Origin: a virus
Taxonomy: Duplodnaviria > Caudoviricetes
IMG/VR virus record: IMGVR_UViG_3300032373_000079
Coordinates: 1-30,986 of that record
Length of the DNA: 30,986 bases
Reading direction: 5' to 3' (one strand)
The position numbers and the translations under genes were made by a program. How positions within the stretch are numbered: the first letter of the stretch is position 1; the number at the start of each line of letters is the position of its first letter. Shown in pieces: positions 1 through 9,841 of this stretch. The notes beneath the pieces are model-generated. The model worked only from the letters and a program-made list of their open reading frames with translations. It searched no databases and was not told the DNA's origin.

Positions 1-893
1 TTGTCACCCTTCTGGCCCGTGTCGGAGCGGTAGACAATGGCATCGTTTGAGTTATCGACTGGCGGGGTTATCGTGGCGTCTTTGTTTTTCATGCCCATTA
101 TGAAATACGCGCCTGCGGTTAGCACCTTAATCATCCACACCCATTTCCCCTCAGAGGGAATGTATAAGGTGGCCCTTGTGTACCCGGCACCAGTTCCGCT
201 TAACGTCATATCACGATTACCGTTTGACATGACATGAATACTTGCACCGGGGGCGTTATCTAGAGGGTTCCACGTTGCCGCAACATTCGTCGGCGTACTG
301 GTGACTTGCATCACACCGCCGACAACGCTCCACGCCCCACCCGTGCCAGAGTTATCGCCAAGACTCACACCGTTCTTAAATTCAAGGAATGTATGCGGCG
401 TTCCGGCGGGGCGGGCAAAAATCCAGTTTGGGGTGATCGAACTCAACAGCCCACCCGTCAACGCCTCGGAGGTGCCATTCCAGAATGTAAATTCAGCCGC
501 GTAAAAGTGCGAGAAATTTACACCATCATATCCGAACTTAGGATTGACGATTGAGGCGGTGGCATAAATACCGGTGCCTGTAACCGCAACACCATTTACC
601 CACGCGCCCGCCGCGTTCCAGAAAATGTCATAAACAAACCCATCACGAAAAAGCGCCGTTGACGTCAGGCCGTTAATAACAAGTTGATCACTGGCATTCC
701 AATAGACGCTTGTTCCCAGGATCGGTTGCACGGCCCCGTGTTTGCACTTCATAATCCGCCCAAGGCCGGAATGAGTTGCCGACGTGGTGAACGTGATGTT
801 TAGCCCACCCGTCGAGCCATCGAACAGGGCGGCGTTGGCGATGTTGTAGGCAAACAAGCCGCCGCCCATCATCATAGCATCACCGAACATCAT
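1..893 (-). CDS. Putative receptor-binding/tail-fibre protein with LamG-like and SPRY-like beta regions, 3' end outside the window (absent from the ORF track)
   Basis: My translation: ATG at 893 overlaps the upstream stop (ATGA); MMFGDAMMMGGGLFAYNIANAALFDGS... stays open to the window edge; TPTNVAATWNPLD...MSNGN...SEGKWVW resembles SPRY-type phage tail proteins. Confidence 0.75.
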   Translation of the reverse strand, partial: MMFGDAMMMGGGLFAYNIANAALFDGSTGGLNITFTTSATHSGLGRIMKCKHGAVQPILGTSVYWNASDQLVINGLTSTALFRDGFVYDIFWNAAGAWVNGVAVTGTGIYATASIVNPKFGYDGVNFSHFYAAEFTFWNGTSEALTGGLLSSITPNWIFARPAGTPHTFLEFKNGVSLGDNSGTGGAWSVVGGVMQVTSTPTNVAATWNPLDNAPGASIHVMSNGNRDMTLSGTGAGYTRATLYIPSEGKWVWMIKVLTAGAYFIMGMKNKDATITPPVDNSNDAIVYRSDTGQKGD

Positions 894-1504
894 GCCTCGA
901 CCCCCCCAAAGCGGTATTCAATACGGGTGGCGCTGACAACGTGAAAGTCGAAGCGGCAAATTCCTGTGGGCAGGGTCGGCGCGCCAATGGTATCGACCCG
1001 CTTCCAATAGGTGCCCAGGCCGATGAGCGCGAAGGCGGCGGCGTTGTCGATGATGAAGCTGCCTTTTTGCCCTAAAGCGCTGGCGATGTTGGACGGGTTG
1101 ACGATGGTGATGGAGCCGGTGGTGGTGCCATCAAAATCTTGCGCCGTGTTCAAGTCCAAGGTCACGGTGCCGGTGATGTTGCCCAGCGGCGATGAAGCCC
1201 CGCGCTGGGGCTTGGTGAAGCTTTGCGCGATATCCGTTTGTGCCACCGCATCCAAAGCCACCGCGTTCGCATAGGGTATAAATGTAACGCCATCCCAGGC
1301 CGCCACAATGACCCATGCGGTGTTGGCACCATTGCGCCGCTTGATTAGATTGTTTGTGGTATCCCACCACCCCAGGCCCGCATACGTCGTCACCGGCGCG
1401 GTGCCGCCGCTATTCATGGTGGCGATGGCTGCCAAAGCACCATTTGCATCCACACGAAAGGTGGCCCCGTCGGCATTATCCAAAACGTGATCATGTTGCG
1501 CCAT
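890..1504 (-). CDS. Tail fibre proximal/adaptor protein
   Basis: N-terminal MAQHDHVLDNADGATFRVDANGALAAIATMNSGGTAP...WWDTTNNLIKRRN is a common tail-fibre anchoring motif; lies downstream of the tail tip gene. Confidence 0.8.
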   Translation of the reverse strand: MAQHDHVLDNADGATFRVDANGALAAIATMNSGGTAPVTTYAGLGWWDTTNNLIKRRNGANTAWVIVAAWDGVTFIPYANAVALDAVAQTDIAQSFTKPQRGASSPLGNITGTVTLDLNTAQDFDGTTTGSITIVNPSNIASALGQKGSFIIDNAAAFALIGLGTYWKRVDTIGAPTLPTGICRFDFHVVSATRIEYRFGGVEA

Positions 1505-1507
1505 TTT

Positions 1508-1819
1508 TTAAATTTCCCCACCCTGTTCCCACTTAGCCAGGAACACTTCAACATCAGCGCAACCTGTTAAATCGACCACGTTCTGGTCGCGCGCCGCCTT
1601 CATAAATTCAGCCATCGCCCGAATGGTCAGCGAAAGCGGGTCCACACCCTTTTGACGCAACGGCACGAATGATCCCGCCACCTCATCCCATCGGTACTTA
1701 CCGGGCCGCAAATCGCAATCTTCCGGCACCTCAAGGTCATCCGTACAACACACGGATACTTGTTTGAAGCCGACCAACACGCCATTTTCATCCAATACTG
1801 CGATCTTCTGTTTTGCCAT
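1508..1819 (-). CDS. Hypothetical tail-associated protein
   Basis: 103 aa, TGATG-coupled to the tail tip gene, inside the tail operon. Confidence 0.7.
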   Translation of the reverse strand: MAKQKIAVLDENGVLVGFKQVSVCCTDDLEVPEDCDLRPGKYRWDEVAGSFVPLRQKGVDPLSLTIRAMAEFMKAARDQNVVDLTGCADVEVFLAKWEQGGEI

Positions 1820-4443
1820 CAGGCAATCCCCTCAATCAAAATTCCTAGTTCTGAAATATGCACATTGAACGACGGGTCATTTGAAACCAGCCGCGCCTCG
1901 TACTCAAACGCGCGGGCCTCAAATTCAGCCGCATCCAAGCGCGACCACGTCGACCACGTTGGCGTTGCCGCCGGATCATCATCCGTGTGACGCACCCACA
2001 CCTGAACATCCGCCGCCGTACCAATTACGCCGTCGCAATTTTCCCAATCATCAATATTCGCAAGCCGCTGATCTACCAGATCCAGGTCGTTGACCACTTG
2101 AACGGTGACCTGCGCCGTCAATCGCACCTTTTGCACGGTCACCAAATCCGAACCGGTGGCGAAGGCATACACGCCGCTGGCCGCAACACCACCGGCATAG
2201 TCCACACTCGACACGCTATCCACATCCGCCCATCCGTCGATAGGATCAGCGCCGCCAAGTTCAAGGTCACCCGCGTCCGCCACGGTGCCGCTGTGTGTCC
2301 CCGAAAAAGCCGGGTGCTCCACCACCGTTGATAATGACGTGAAGGTTAAAACAGAGGCCGCCTTGGTAGATACCGCCGCCGCGTCACCCGGCTTTTTCGA
2401 TGTATCGACCGCACGGGCAAAGTAAGTGCCGGCCTTTAACGGCAACACCGCAACGGTCGCATCGCCGGATACTGCCTCGCCGATGGATGTGCTTTGCGTA
2501 ATCACCGCTCCGGTCTGTGCCTGGGCATGGCGAAACTCAATCGCGCCACCCTTTTGCACATCCAAATCAACGGACTGATTCCAGCGCAATACAGCCAACC
2601 CGCCCGCGACCGACAAGGTTAATCCTTGCAATTGCAAGGGGGCCGCCAAAAGCCCGTAGATTTCTTGGCGCGTGGTTGGACCGGGCAACGAATGCACACC
2701 CAATGCATTCACCGCCACCGCACTAAATTCATAAATCCCCGGCGCGATGTCGAGAACCTGCGCCACCGCCGTTGCCGTGCGCGGCAAATCCAGCCATTTC
2801 GGCGCGCCCTCAAGGCGATATGAAAATTCATACCCAACGACATAAACGTCATCGTCCACCACACACGTCATGTCCGCACGCGCCTTTACCCCAGCGCCGC
2901 CGCGCGTCTCATACAAACCCTCTTCGATCATGACCGCACCAGGTACCGCCACATCAAACGGGTTCGGCAAGTCTGTTGTGGGAGCCGCTACATATGGCAA
3001 CTCTTCGTTGGTTGACCAGGCGTATACATTTGCGTCCGTTTCGCGCAGCACCTGGGCCACGGTCAAGGTCGGGGCCTTTTCCCCACCGCCAACGGATATC
3101 GTTGATTCCTTGATGTTAAAAGTCTTTGCCGTCCATCCATATTTTGCAAAGGTAAAACCAATGGTATCCATCGGCACCCCGCGCCACGCCGAAAGCCGCC
3201 ATGTTGAATTGACCGTGATTTGGCGGCGCATTTCTTCCAATTCGATCTTCGCCAATCGTTGCGCCATGGTCGCGCTATTGGTCCACTTCAAATCAATATC
3301 GCGGTAGCGCACTTCGCCATTATCATTGGCGACATAAACGGCGTTAGTCACCGACGGGAAATCGTCGGGTTGGTAATTGTTCGCGGGCGACACGAACACA
3401 CCCTTGACGCCGTTATAACTTTTATCCGCCGCGATCAACGACGTGACCTTGACCGATCCCCGCAAATCATGTTCATCAAACGTAAGGACCACCGGACGCC
3501 AAGCCCCCGCTCGGATGCGCCACTCAATGCCGCTGGCAACCGCATGACCCGCCATGGATGACAACAAGCCCTGCAAAACACCCTTCGGCGTTTCTGACAA
3601 CTCAAAAGCACCGTTGCAGGTGTACCGTTTTTCCGTCCCGCCCGCCGCCAACGCCACCGCTTCATCACAAATATTGGCGGACTCAATCAAGTCGGCGGTG
3701 ATGATTTCAGACCCATACGCTGAACCATACCCATAGGTCGCATCGGATAAATAATCCGCCGTACAAAGCGCCGAATTGTCCGTGTAACCATAAAGCCCGG
3801 TGCGGGGATCATAAATATCGTCTTTGCCTTCCACATCAAACGTGATCACCGGAACGCCCGTGGGAAACAAATCAATCGATTTTGTTAGCCGCACATAAAC
3901 GTGCGCACACCCAAGCTGGCGATGGTTCACCGTCCATTTGGTCGGCACCTCATCAATTAATTCTTGGATGGCCGTTTGATCTATAGCCCCCAGTCTTTTG
4001 ATGACCTTGACGTATCCCGCATATTTTCCAATGGCGTCGCCGTTTGCATCCAACGGCACTTCAATGCCATCAAAATATAATGACCCAATTGATTTGACCC
4101 GATGCCCGGTCAAGGTAATCACGTTGTGAAATATCTTTTGTCCGGCGATGGTGTTGACGTGCATGAACGTGTACGTGCCGCCATACCGCCCCCGCCCATA
4201 AATCCATCGGCGGGGCTGCACCGGTTGGCGAATAGAAATCGTGCGATCACGCGAAGAAAAACTAACCGCCGCCGCATCCGGCATTTTTGGCTTTTTCTGC
4301 AACGCTTGCGACAACCCGCTCAACACCAACGACGAACCTGCCGCCATTGCCGCCGCCGCCCAAGAAAAGGTGAACCCCGCCGCTGCCGTGTATCCAACAC
4401 CGCCCATGCCCCCGGCAACGACAACGGGTGCAAGTGCTGGCAT
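1819..4443 (-). CDS. Tail tip / host-specificity protein (lambda gpJ-like, with FN3-like domains)
   Basis: About 874 aa; motifs PRRWIYGRGRYGG, YDPRTG, NSALCTADYL, ANICDE, RYTCNG; start taken at MPAL (4443) because of the TGATG overlap with the upstream gene. Confidence 0.9.
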   Translation of the reverse strand: MPALAPVVVAGGMGGVGYTAAAGFTFSWAAAAMAAGSSLVLSGLSQALQKKPKMPDAAAVSFSSRDRTISIRQPVQPRRWIYGRGRYGGTYTFMHVNTIAGQKIFHNVITLTGHRVKSIGSLYFDGIEVPLDANGDAIGKYAGYVKVIKRLGAIDQTAIQELIDEVPTKWTVNHRQLGCAHVYVRLTKSIDLFPTGVPVITFDVEGKDDIYDPRTGLYGYTDNSALCTADYLSDATYGYGSAYGSEIITADLIESANICDEAVALAAGGTEKRYTCNGAFELSETPKGVLQGLLSSMAGHAVASGIEWRIRAGAWRPVVLTFDEHDLRGSVKVTSLIAADKSYNGVKGVFVSPANNYQPDDFPSVTNAVYVANDNGEVRYRDIDLKWTNSATMAQRLAKIELEEMRRQITVNSTWRLSAWRGVPMDTIGFTFAKYGWTAKTFNIKESTISVGGGEKAPTLTVAQVLRETDANVYAWSTNEELPYVAAPTTDLPNPFDVAVPGAVMIEEGLYETRGGAGVKARADMTCVVDDDVYVVGYEFSYRLEGAPKWLDLPRTATAVAQVLDIAPGIYEFSAVAVNALGVHSLPGPTTRQEIYGLLAAPLQLQGLTLSVAGGLAVLRWNQSVDLDVQKGGAIEFRHAQAQTGAVITQSTSIGEAVSGDATVAVLPLKAGTYFARAVDTSKKPGDAAAVSTKAASVLTFTSLSTVVEHPAFSGTHSGTVADAGDLELGGADPIDGWADVDSVSSVDYAGGVAASGVYAFATGSDLVTVQKVRLTAQVTVQVVNDLDLVDQRLANIDDWENCDGVIGTAADVQVWVRHTDDDPAATPTWSTWSRLDAAEFEARAFEYEARLVSNDPSFNVHISELGILIEGIA

Positions 4444-4889
4444 CAGACAATACTCCACGCACGCACGGCGCTATCCAACGGTATGCTGACCAGCCCGTCT
4501 TCTGTGACACAGGCAATATCCGCACCGCGCACAATGCCCATCGCCCCACCAAAACGCCCCGGTGCGTATTTTGGTCCAACCAGCACCACATCACCGCGCT
4601 TTGCCATCAACGGCAAACACGACAACCACCGGTTTTGCGCCGCCATTTTATCCATGGCGTCTTCCAAGGTGCCGCCGCCGTACCGCTTCACCGCCCGCGC
4701 CGCACCAACCGCCGTCGTATATTTGCCCCGAAAGACAACCCCCACATCAATGCCTGTCATTGCCAACACGGCGTCGGCGCTGAACAGGCAACAGTCCCAT
4801 TTACCCCACAAAAAAAGCCGCCCGTGGGCAGCTCCTAAAAAATCATTGAGGCGTTCCGGCCAATCATCAAGACGCTGTGGCCCTACCAT
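4443..4889 (-). CDS. NlpC/P60-like tail tip assembly protein
   Basis: FLWGKWDCCLFSADAVLAMTGID (catalytic Cys motif) and RGDVV; canonical position before gpJ. Confidence 0.85.
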   Translation of the reverse strand: MVGPQRLDDWPERLNDFLGAAHGRLFLWGKWDCCLFSADAVLAMTGIDVGVVFRGKYTTAVGAARAVKRYGGGTLEDAMDKMAAQNRWLSCLPLMAKRGDVVLVGPKYAPGRFGGAMGIVRGADIACVTEDGLVSIPLDSAVRAWSIV

Positions 4890-5437
4890 TGCTCATTCCA
4901 TTCTTGCAGGCTGGGCACAAAATCAAATCCAAGATCAACACCAACACCAAACAACGTGTCTTGATCGCCTTTGGTGTGGCGAAATTCACGCGCACGATCC
5001 AAATCGCGCAACCGATTTTCATACGTAATGCTGATGGTCGATGTGGTGGCCCCGTCTTCCAACGTTGGCACATCCAATCGCCCGATGAACATCAACGCCG
5101 GATCGACAACCACCGTTCCATCATCCGCCAAAAAACCCAGCCATACCTTGCCAAGCTTGCCTTGCTGGACTTCACCCAAAACCAGCGCGACAAGATAATC
5201 TGGAATCCCTGATAATGAGACGGATATCCCATGGGCTTGAATTTCCCCGGTTTCCGTGATGGGCGAAATGGACCCCACTTCACCACCCCCCAACCACGTC
5301 TGGCCATCCCAAGGAATATCACCTGTGCCCGACCAAAACCGCACGGTGCCGGTGGCAAACACGCCTTCAAAAAAAACCAGAACCGTTTTTTCAGTCGCCA
5401 ATAATTGGGCCAGAAAATCAGCCGTCACCGTGCGCAT
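4883..5437 (-). CDS. Minor tail / baseplate hub protein (gpL-like)
   Basis: VRFWSGTGDIPWDGQTWLGGG and D.GFDFV motifs; position between Dit and the NlpC/P60 gene. Confidence 0.8.
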   Translation of the reverse strand: MRTVTADFLAQLLATEKTVLVFFEGVFATGTVRFWSGTGDIPWDGQTWLGGGEVGSISPITETGEIQAHGISVSLSGIPDYLVALVLGEVQQGKLGKVWLGFLADDGTVVVDPALMFIGRLDVPTLEDGATTSTISITYENRLRDLDRAREFRHTKGDQDTLFGVGVDLGFDFVPSLQEWNEQW

Positions 5438-6057
5438 TATTGAGCCTCAATCGCGGAAAAGTTCAGGCCGTAAATTAAAGCCTCATCCACGTCCCATTCT
5501 GTATCACTCACCATCCGCCACACGCCGACACAGTTTGATGTGATAACACCTTCCCCATCCGTCAAATCACCCTTGATGCGCGACCTCACATCAATCACAG
5601 CTTTTCCGGTGGCATCAGCATCCACGTCCGCCAACGATTTATACAACACAGACGTGCCAGCGGAGCCTAACTGAATCCAATCGCCCTTTAGCAAAACCCC
5701 AGACGCATTTGGCGTCCACCCCCGTGTCGCCAAAGTCTTAAATCGGTTTTGTCCTGCCCCATCAACAACGGGCACCCCAACCGGGTTACCGCGTGGGGTT
5801 TTGGTTGCGGGATCACCCATCAAGAACGTGCCTTCTAGGCCGTTCAAAGCCAATTGAAGGGCAATCCATTGCTCCGCATCAGCGCGGCCCATCGGCGGCA
5901 AATCCACATCCATTTCCCACCCTTCACCCAAATGTGCAAAGACCTCTTGGCCCTTGGTAAACGGGCTGACCGTCATACCCACAACAGACGATTTTCTAAT
6001 CTTTACTTTTCTGGCTGTGCGTGCGGTTGGGATAGGAAGCGGGTAAACAATTGCCAT
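5437..6057 (-). CDS. Distal tail protein (Dit-like)
   Basis: Directly follows the tape measure gene; SPFTKGQEV...WEMDVDLPPM...LNG motif. Confidence 0.75.
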   Translation of the reverse strand: MAIVYPLPIPTARTARKVKIRKSSVVGMTVSPFTKGQEVFAHLGEGWEMDVDLPPMGRADAEQWIALQLALNGLEGTFLMGDPATKTPRGNPVGVPVVDGAGQNRFKTLATRGWTPNASGVLLKGDWIQLGSAGTSVLYKSLADVDADATGKAVIDVRSRIKGDLTDGEGVITSNCVGVWRMVSDTEWDVDEALIYGLNFSAIEAQ

Positions 6058-7824
6058 TTAAACCCCCAGCCCCCGCGCCTTTGCATTCGCAACCGCACCA
6101 ACGGCGCGAAGCTCAATTGACCCATCAAGGCTGCGCACAAACTGTTCTAGCCGCCTTACGGCGTCCTCCGAAGCACCCCGATTATCAACATAAAAAGTTG
6201 GGCCGCCGCGACCATTCGTCATACCGCCACCGGAAATCGTGTGGTCCGTAACCGTTTCTTGCGGATGCAGGATAGCCGCAAAGCCGCCCTGGCCATCCAG
6301 CCCGCCGGAACGTGGGCCGTTGCCCGTGGACCCGCCGCCCGCAAAACTGAACATGGACGATGCGGCCTTAATACCGGTACCAAGCCAATCGAACCCGCCG
6401 CCACCGGAACCGCCGCCGACGTCAAACCCGCCGCCATTTTGCATGCCGGCCTTTTGTTGCAACCACGCCGTGCCGATCTCCATCACGGCATTAAGCCCGG
6501 CGCGTTTTAAGGAATCCAAATCATCCATGCCCGATGTGGCGTAATCTTCCAGCGCGCCCTTGGCTTCGCCCCAACCTTGAACCTGAGTGGTCGATGCCTC
6601 TTTGCCTTTTTGGGCAGCATCGTCAAATGTCTTTTGCGCCTTTTCCAGCGCGCGCCCATAGGTTTCTTGGGTAATCAGACCCTTGTCTTTGAGGGTATTG
6701 AGTTTTTCCAATTCGGCGTTATAGCGTTCCAAATCAGTGCGGGTGGATGCGAACACCGATTGCGCCTGACGTTGGAAATCATTGGTGGCTTTGGCCGCCG
6801 ACAGGGTCATCGACGCCGTTTCGGCCAAGGCCGGATTGTAGACATCCTTCAATGTCACCGCGTTCTTTTTCAATGCCTCATCCGCGCGCGGCAAGGCAAT
6901 CGTGGTCACATCTGCGAGTTCGCCATGCATGGTGATAAGGTTTTGTTCCGTGGCTTTCAGGCTATCCGCCCATTCGCGGAATTTTCCACCACCCATAGCA
7001 TCGGGCAACGCCGCCATGCTTTCCGCAAGGCCGCGGAATTTATCCATGACGATGACGGTGCCTTCAATCACGCGCTGGCGAAACAACGCCCAACCGCGCA
7101 AGAAATTCATCACCGCGCGCGGCATATGTTCGCCAAGGTATTCAGAAATTGTGGTGAGGGCGGGCAACATGGCTTCAACCAATACGCGCCCCGATGCCGT
7201 GGCCCCATTGCTCAAACGCGACAAGCTGTCGTTAAAGTTCGCCATTGCATCGGCGGAATCTTGACTTAATGTCATGCCCATGGCGGCGGCCTCTGCGCGC
7301 AGCCCGGACATGGCGGCGGAACCGCCTTCCATCACCGACAACATTTGCGAACCGGAACGGCCCATGATGTCCATAGCCACCTGGGTGCGTTTGGCCGGAT
7401 CCTCGATTTTCATCAGGGCATCCGCCATCACGTCAAATTGTTGTTCGGGGCTTAGTTTTTTGAACCGGTCAACTTCGATGCCCAGCGCGCCAAACGCTTT
7501 GATGGGGGTGGATAATCCATTACCGGCATCGGCGACGGATTTTTGCATCTTGCGCACGGACCCGGTGAATTCAGACATGGACCCACCGCCCAAAGCAACC
7601 ACGTGGTTCATTTGGGAAATCCATTCGGTGCTGGCACCGGTGCGAAGCGCCATTTTTTGCACTTCATCACCGGCATCAATTACCGACTTGGCAAAGACAC
7701 CAAACGCCGCCCCACCCGCAGCCAAGCCCGCCACCATGCTGCCCAGGCCGGATTTCACCGACTGAAAGGCACGCTGGGTTTTATCCTTGGCGTGGATATC
7801 AAATTTTAAGTCGTCACGCGCCAT
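6058..7824 (-). CDS. Tail tape measure protein
   Basis: 588 aa, Ala/Gly-rich and helical; starts MARDDLKFDIHAKDKT; C-terminal FAGGG...AILHPQETV motif. Confidence 0.92.
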   Translation of the reverse strand: MARDDLKFDIHAKDKTQRAFQSVKSGLGSMVAGLAAGGAAFGVFAKSVIDAGDEVQKMALRTGASTEWISQMNHVVALGGGSMSEFTGSVRKMQKSVADAGNGLSTPIKAFGALGIEVDRFKKLSPEQQFDVMADALMKIEDPAKRTQVAMDIMGRSGSQMLSVMEGGSAAMSGLRAEAAAMGMTLSQDSADAMANFNDSLSRLSNGATASGRVLVEAMLPALTTISEYLGEHMPRAVMNFLRGWALFRQRVIEGTVIVMDKFRGLAESMAALPDAMGGGKFREWADSLKATEQNLITMHGELADVTTIALPRADEALKKNAVTLKDVYNPALAETASMTLSAAKATNDFQRQAQSVFASTRTDLERYNAELEKLNTLKDKGLITQETYGRALEKAQKTFDDAAQKGKEASTTQVQGWGEAKGALEDYATSGMDDLDSLKRAGLNAVMEIGTAWLQQKAGMQNGGGFDVGGGSGGGGFDWLGTGIKAASSMFSFAGGGSTGNGPRSGGLDGQGGFAAILHPQETVTDHTISGGGMTNGRGGPTFYVDNRGASEDAVRRLEQFVRSLDGSIELRAVGAVANAKARGLGV

Positions 7825-7828
7825 CGGT

Positions 7829-7975
7829 TTAGTCCTTACCGGGGGTCATTTGCGCGGCAAATATCTGCCACAGTTCAAATTCAGCCGTCGTCATGTTCAA
7901 GATTGCCGGAAGGGTCAGGCCCAGGCGTAGGGCGAGGCTCATCACCTCAACCAACTCCGGGGCCAGGGTTACTCC
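7829..7975 (-). CDS. gpT-like C-terminal extension of the tail assembly chaperone, reached by a -1 frameshift
   Basis: The -1 frame reads GVTLAPELVEVMSLALRLGLTLPAILNMTTAEFELWQIFAAQMTPGKD*, filling the gap to the tape measure gene; slippery C CCG GGG just before the gpG stop. Confidence 0.8.
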   Translation of the reverse strand, partial: GVTLAPELVEVMSLALRLGLTLPAILNMTTAEFELWQIFAAQMTPGKD

Positions 7976-8352
7976 CCCGGGGCGTCACCGTCGCCGTCAT
8001 CGGTATCGGTATCGTCGTCGTCACCAATCCCGCGCGCAGCCAGCAAAACACGCTTCGCCGCCGTGGCGATGATTTCATCGCCGGGCAACCGCAACATTTC
8101 CTTTTCAGCCGCCAAGTCAAACAACCGCTGACCGCTTTTGTTAAGCGCCAACGTCACCAACGTCCGCACCGTTTCGTGGGCGTCATCCATGCCTTGAACG
8201 GCCTTGGCCAGCGCCGAGCGCGCTTTCATGGTCAGCGGCTCAACGTGAATGACCAAACCGTCCGGGTTGGACTCATCCGCCCATTCGGTGATGGTCACCG
8301 TCTTGGGCTTAATGGTCAGGGCATAGGCCTTGACGCAATCAATCGCGGCCAT
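7969..8352 (-). CDS. Tail assembly chaperone (gpG-like)
   Basis: Between tail tube and tape measure genes; acidic C-terminus ending in a slippery site. Confidence 0.85.
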   Translation of the reverse strand: MAAIDCVKAYALTIKPKTVTITEWADESNPDGLVIHVEPLTMKARSALAKAVQGMDDAHETVRTLVTLALNKSGQRLFDLAAEKEMLRLPGDEIIATAAKRVLLAARGIGDDDDTDTDDGDGDAPGE

Positions 8353-8353
8353 C

Positions 8354-8746
8354 TTAGACCACCGTGCCGTGCGTCAACGCGCCGGTGCCTTGGAACGAGA
8401 ACGAGCGTTCAACGTAGTCTTCTTTGTCGACGTTCACGCCGACCTCTTCGATGATGATGGTGCCAGACATTTCCTCATCCGTAGACACGGCCCCAGACGG
8501 GTAAAATAACCCAGCCAATTCAGCACCAATAGTCATGGCACCCTGGCCGGTGGTATCGGATTTATCCCAACGGCATGTCATGGAACCTTTCCAGCTTGGA
8601 ATGCCCGCCCCATAGCTGCGCTCGGCGGCCCCCATAGATGTTTTTTCTATCATGTTGACCGTTTCGGTGATGGAAAAATTCGCCACCTCCGCAACCACAT
8701 TGGTCGCGACTTTCACCACGCCATCATTGCCATCATAAACGGCCAT
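8354..8746 (-). CDS. Major tail tube protein
   Basis: VAEVANFSI...GIPSWKGSM...SFSFQGTGAL motifs; AGGAG RBS. Confidence 0.88.
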   Translation of the reverse strand: MAVYDGNDGVVKVATNVVAEVANFSITETVNMIEKTSMGAAERSYGAGIPSWKGSMTCRWDKSDTTGQGAMTIGAELAGLFYPSGAVSTDEEMSGTIIIEEVGVNVDKEDYVERSFSFQGTGALTHGTVV

Positions 8747-8802
8747 GTTCGTCTCCTATTTGTCAAAATTTTGGATTTTGGGGAGTTTTGTTCTGAACTT
8801 AC

Positions 8803-9000
8803 TTAGGTTTGTGATGCGTGTTTTGGTGGTTCGTCAGCGCCTTTCGTGGGGCCAGCATCACCGCCAACACGTACTTTTTTCGGCTTTTTCAAGGTCCAAC
8901 CATCGGCTTTCTTAGCCTCAACCGAACCCACCAAAAACTTGACGGACTCAGCCTCGGCTCCGGTTGCGCCAGGGGGCCACATTTCAACGGATTTAGGCAT
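8803..9000 (-). CDS. Hypothetical small basic protein
   Basis: 65 aa, AGGAG RBS, co-oriented with the operon. Confidence 0.6.
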   Translation of the reverse strand: MPKSVEMWPPGATGAEAESVKFLVGSVEAKKADGWTLKKPKKVRVGGDAGPTKGADEPPKHASQT

Positions 9001-9012
9001 AAGGGTTGCTCC

Positions 9013-9372
9013 TTAAATCGATTTCGGCAAACGGATCGCCGCCACCGTCACTGTCGTGACGCCGGAATATGTCAGGCTGACGTTCGCGATTGAATTTATG
9101 TATGCGTGCGGAAACGGGCCGATGAACCGTTCTTCGCCAGCGGGGATGCTGACCGCCATATCGGGAACCGCCAACGTGCCATAACTTGGCACACCAACAG
9201 ATGTGGATACCGCCGCGACCGTCACCGTCACCGCCCCCGCGCCTCCATTTTTGATATGCACAACATCACGTTCATCCGTGCGCACCGAAATTGTATCGCC
9301 ACCCGCCGCGGCGGCGGCATAGGCCGGACTTAATCCGGGGGCAACAATATTTTGAACAGTCAACGCGGCCAT
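9013..9372 (-). CDS. Conserved phage structural protein (beta-rich)
   Basis: HIKNGGAGAVTVTV...VSIPAGEERFIGPF...LTYSGVTTVTV; AAAGGA RBS; lies in the head-tail region. Confidence 0.7.
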   Translation of the reverse strand: MAALTVQNIVAPGLSPAYAAAAAGGDTISVRTDERDVVHIKNGGAGAVTVTVAAVSTSVGVPSYGTLAVPDMAVSIPAGEERFIGPFPHAYINSIANVSLTYSGVTTVTVAAIRLPKSI

Positions 9373-9388
9373 AAGTTCATTCCTTTAT

Positions 9389-9838
9389 TTATCGAGTAAC
9401 GGTTGCATCATTTTCCGGCGTGGCGACACGCACCAGCCATTCCATTTCCAGCACCGCAGTCACTTTGGAGCCGTCGCCGGACATATCGCGGGTGCTGCGC
9501 ATCAGCACCAGGCGCTTGACGATGCCGCCCAGATTGTTACCCCCCAGCGCGCCCTCGACTTGCACGCCTATGGCATCCAGCGCGTCGTCTATGCCCTCAT
9601 CCGTGGACTGTGCGACGGCTTTGACGTGCACCGAAAACTCCCGCACCAACGTGCGCGGGGCATCACCCATTGATGCCTGTTCTGATTCTTCATCACCCGC
9701 ATGCACCAATAAAAACGGCAAGGCGGTTTCTTCGCGCGAACGGGTGCGACCCTTGAACACACTGGTGCCGGTCAGGGGCAAGTCCGTCACGTCGCTAACA
9801 ACGGCGTCGCGCACCTGTTTGCGGATGTGGTCAGCCAT
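9389..9838 (-). CDS. Tail terminator protein (gpU-like)
   Basis: HIRKQVRDAVV...LPFLLV...LDAIGVQVEGAL; position. Confidence 0.78.
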   Translation of the reverse strand: MADHIRKQVRDAVVSDVTDLPLTGTSVFKGRTRSREETALPFLLVHAGDEESEQASMGDAPRTLVREFSVHVKAVAQSTDEGIDDALDAIGVQVEGALGGNNLGGIVKRLVLMRSTRDMSGDGSKVTAVLEMEWLVRVATPENDATVTR

Positions 9839-9841
9839 GCT

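Noticed and set aside
1-1504. Diversity-generating retroelement acting on the fibre genes
   Set aside because: No reverse transcriptase or template/variable repeat pair seen in the window; cannot be excluded beyond the left edge.
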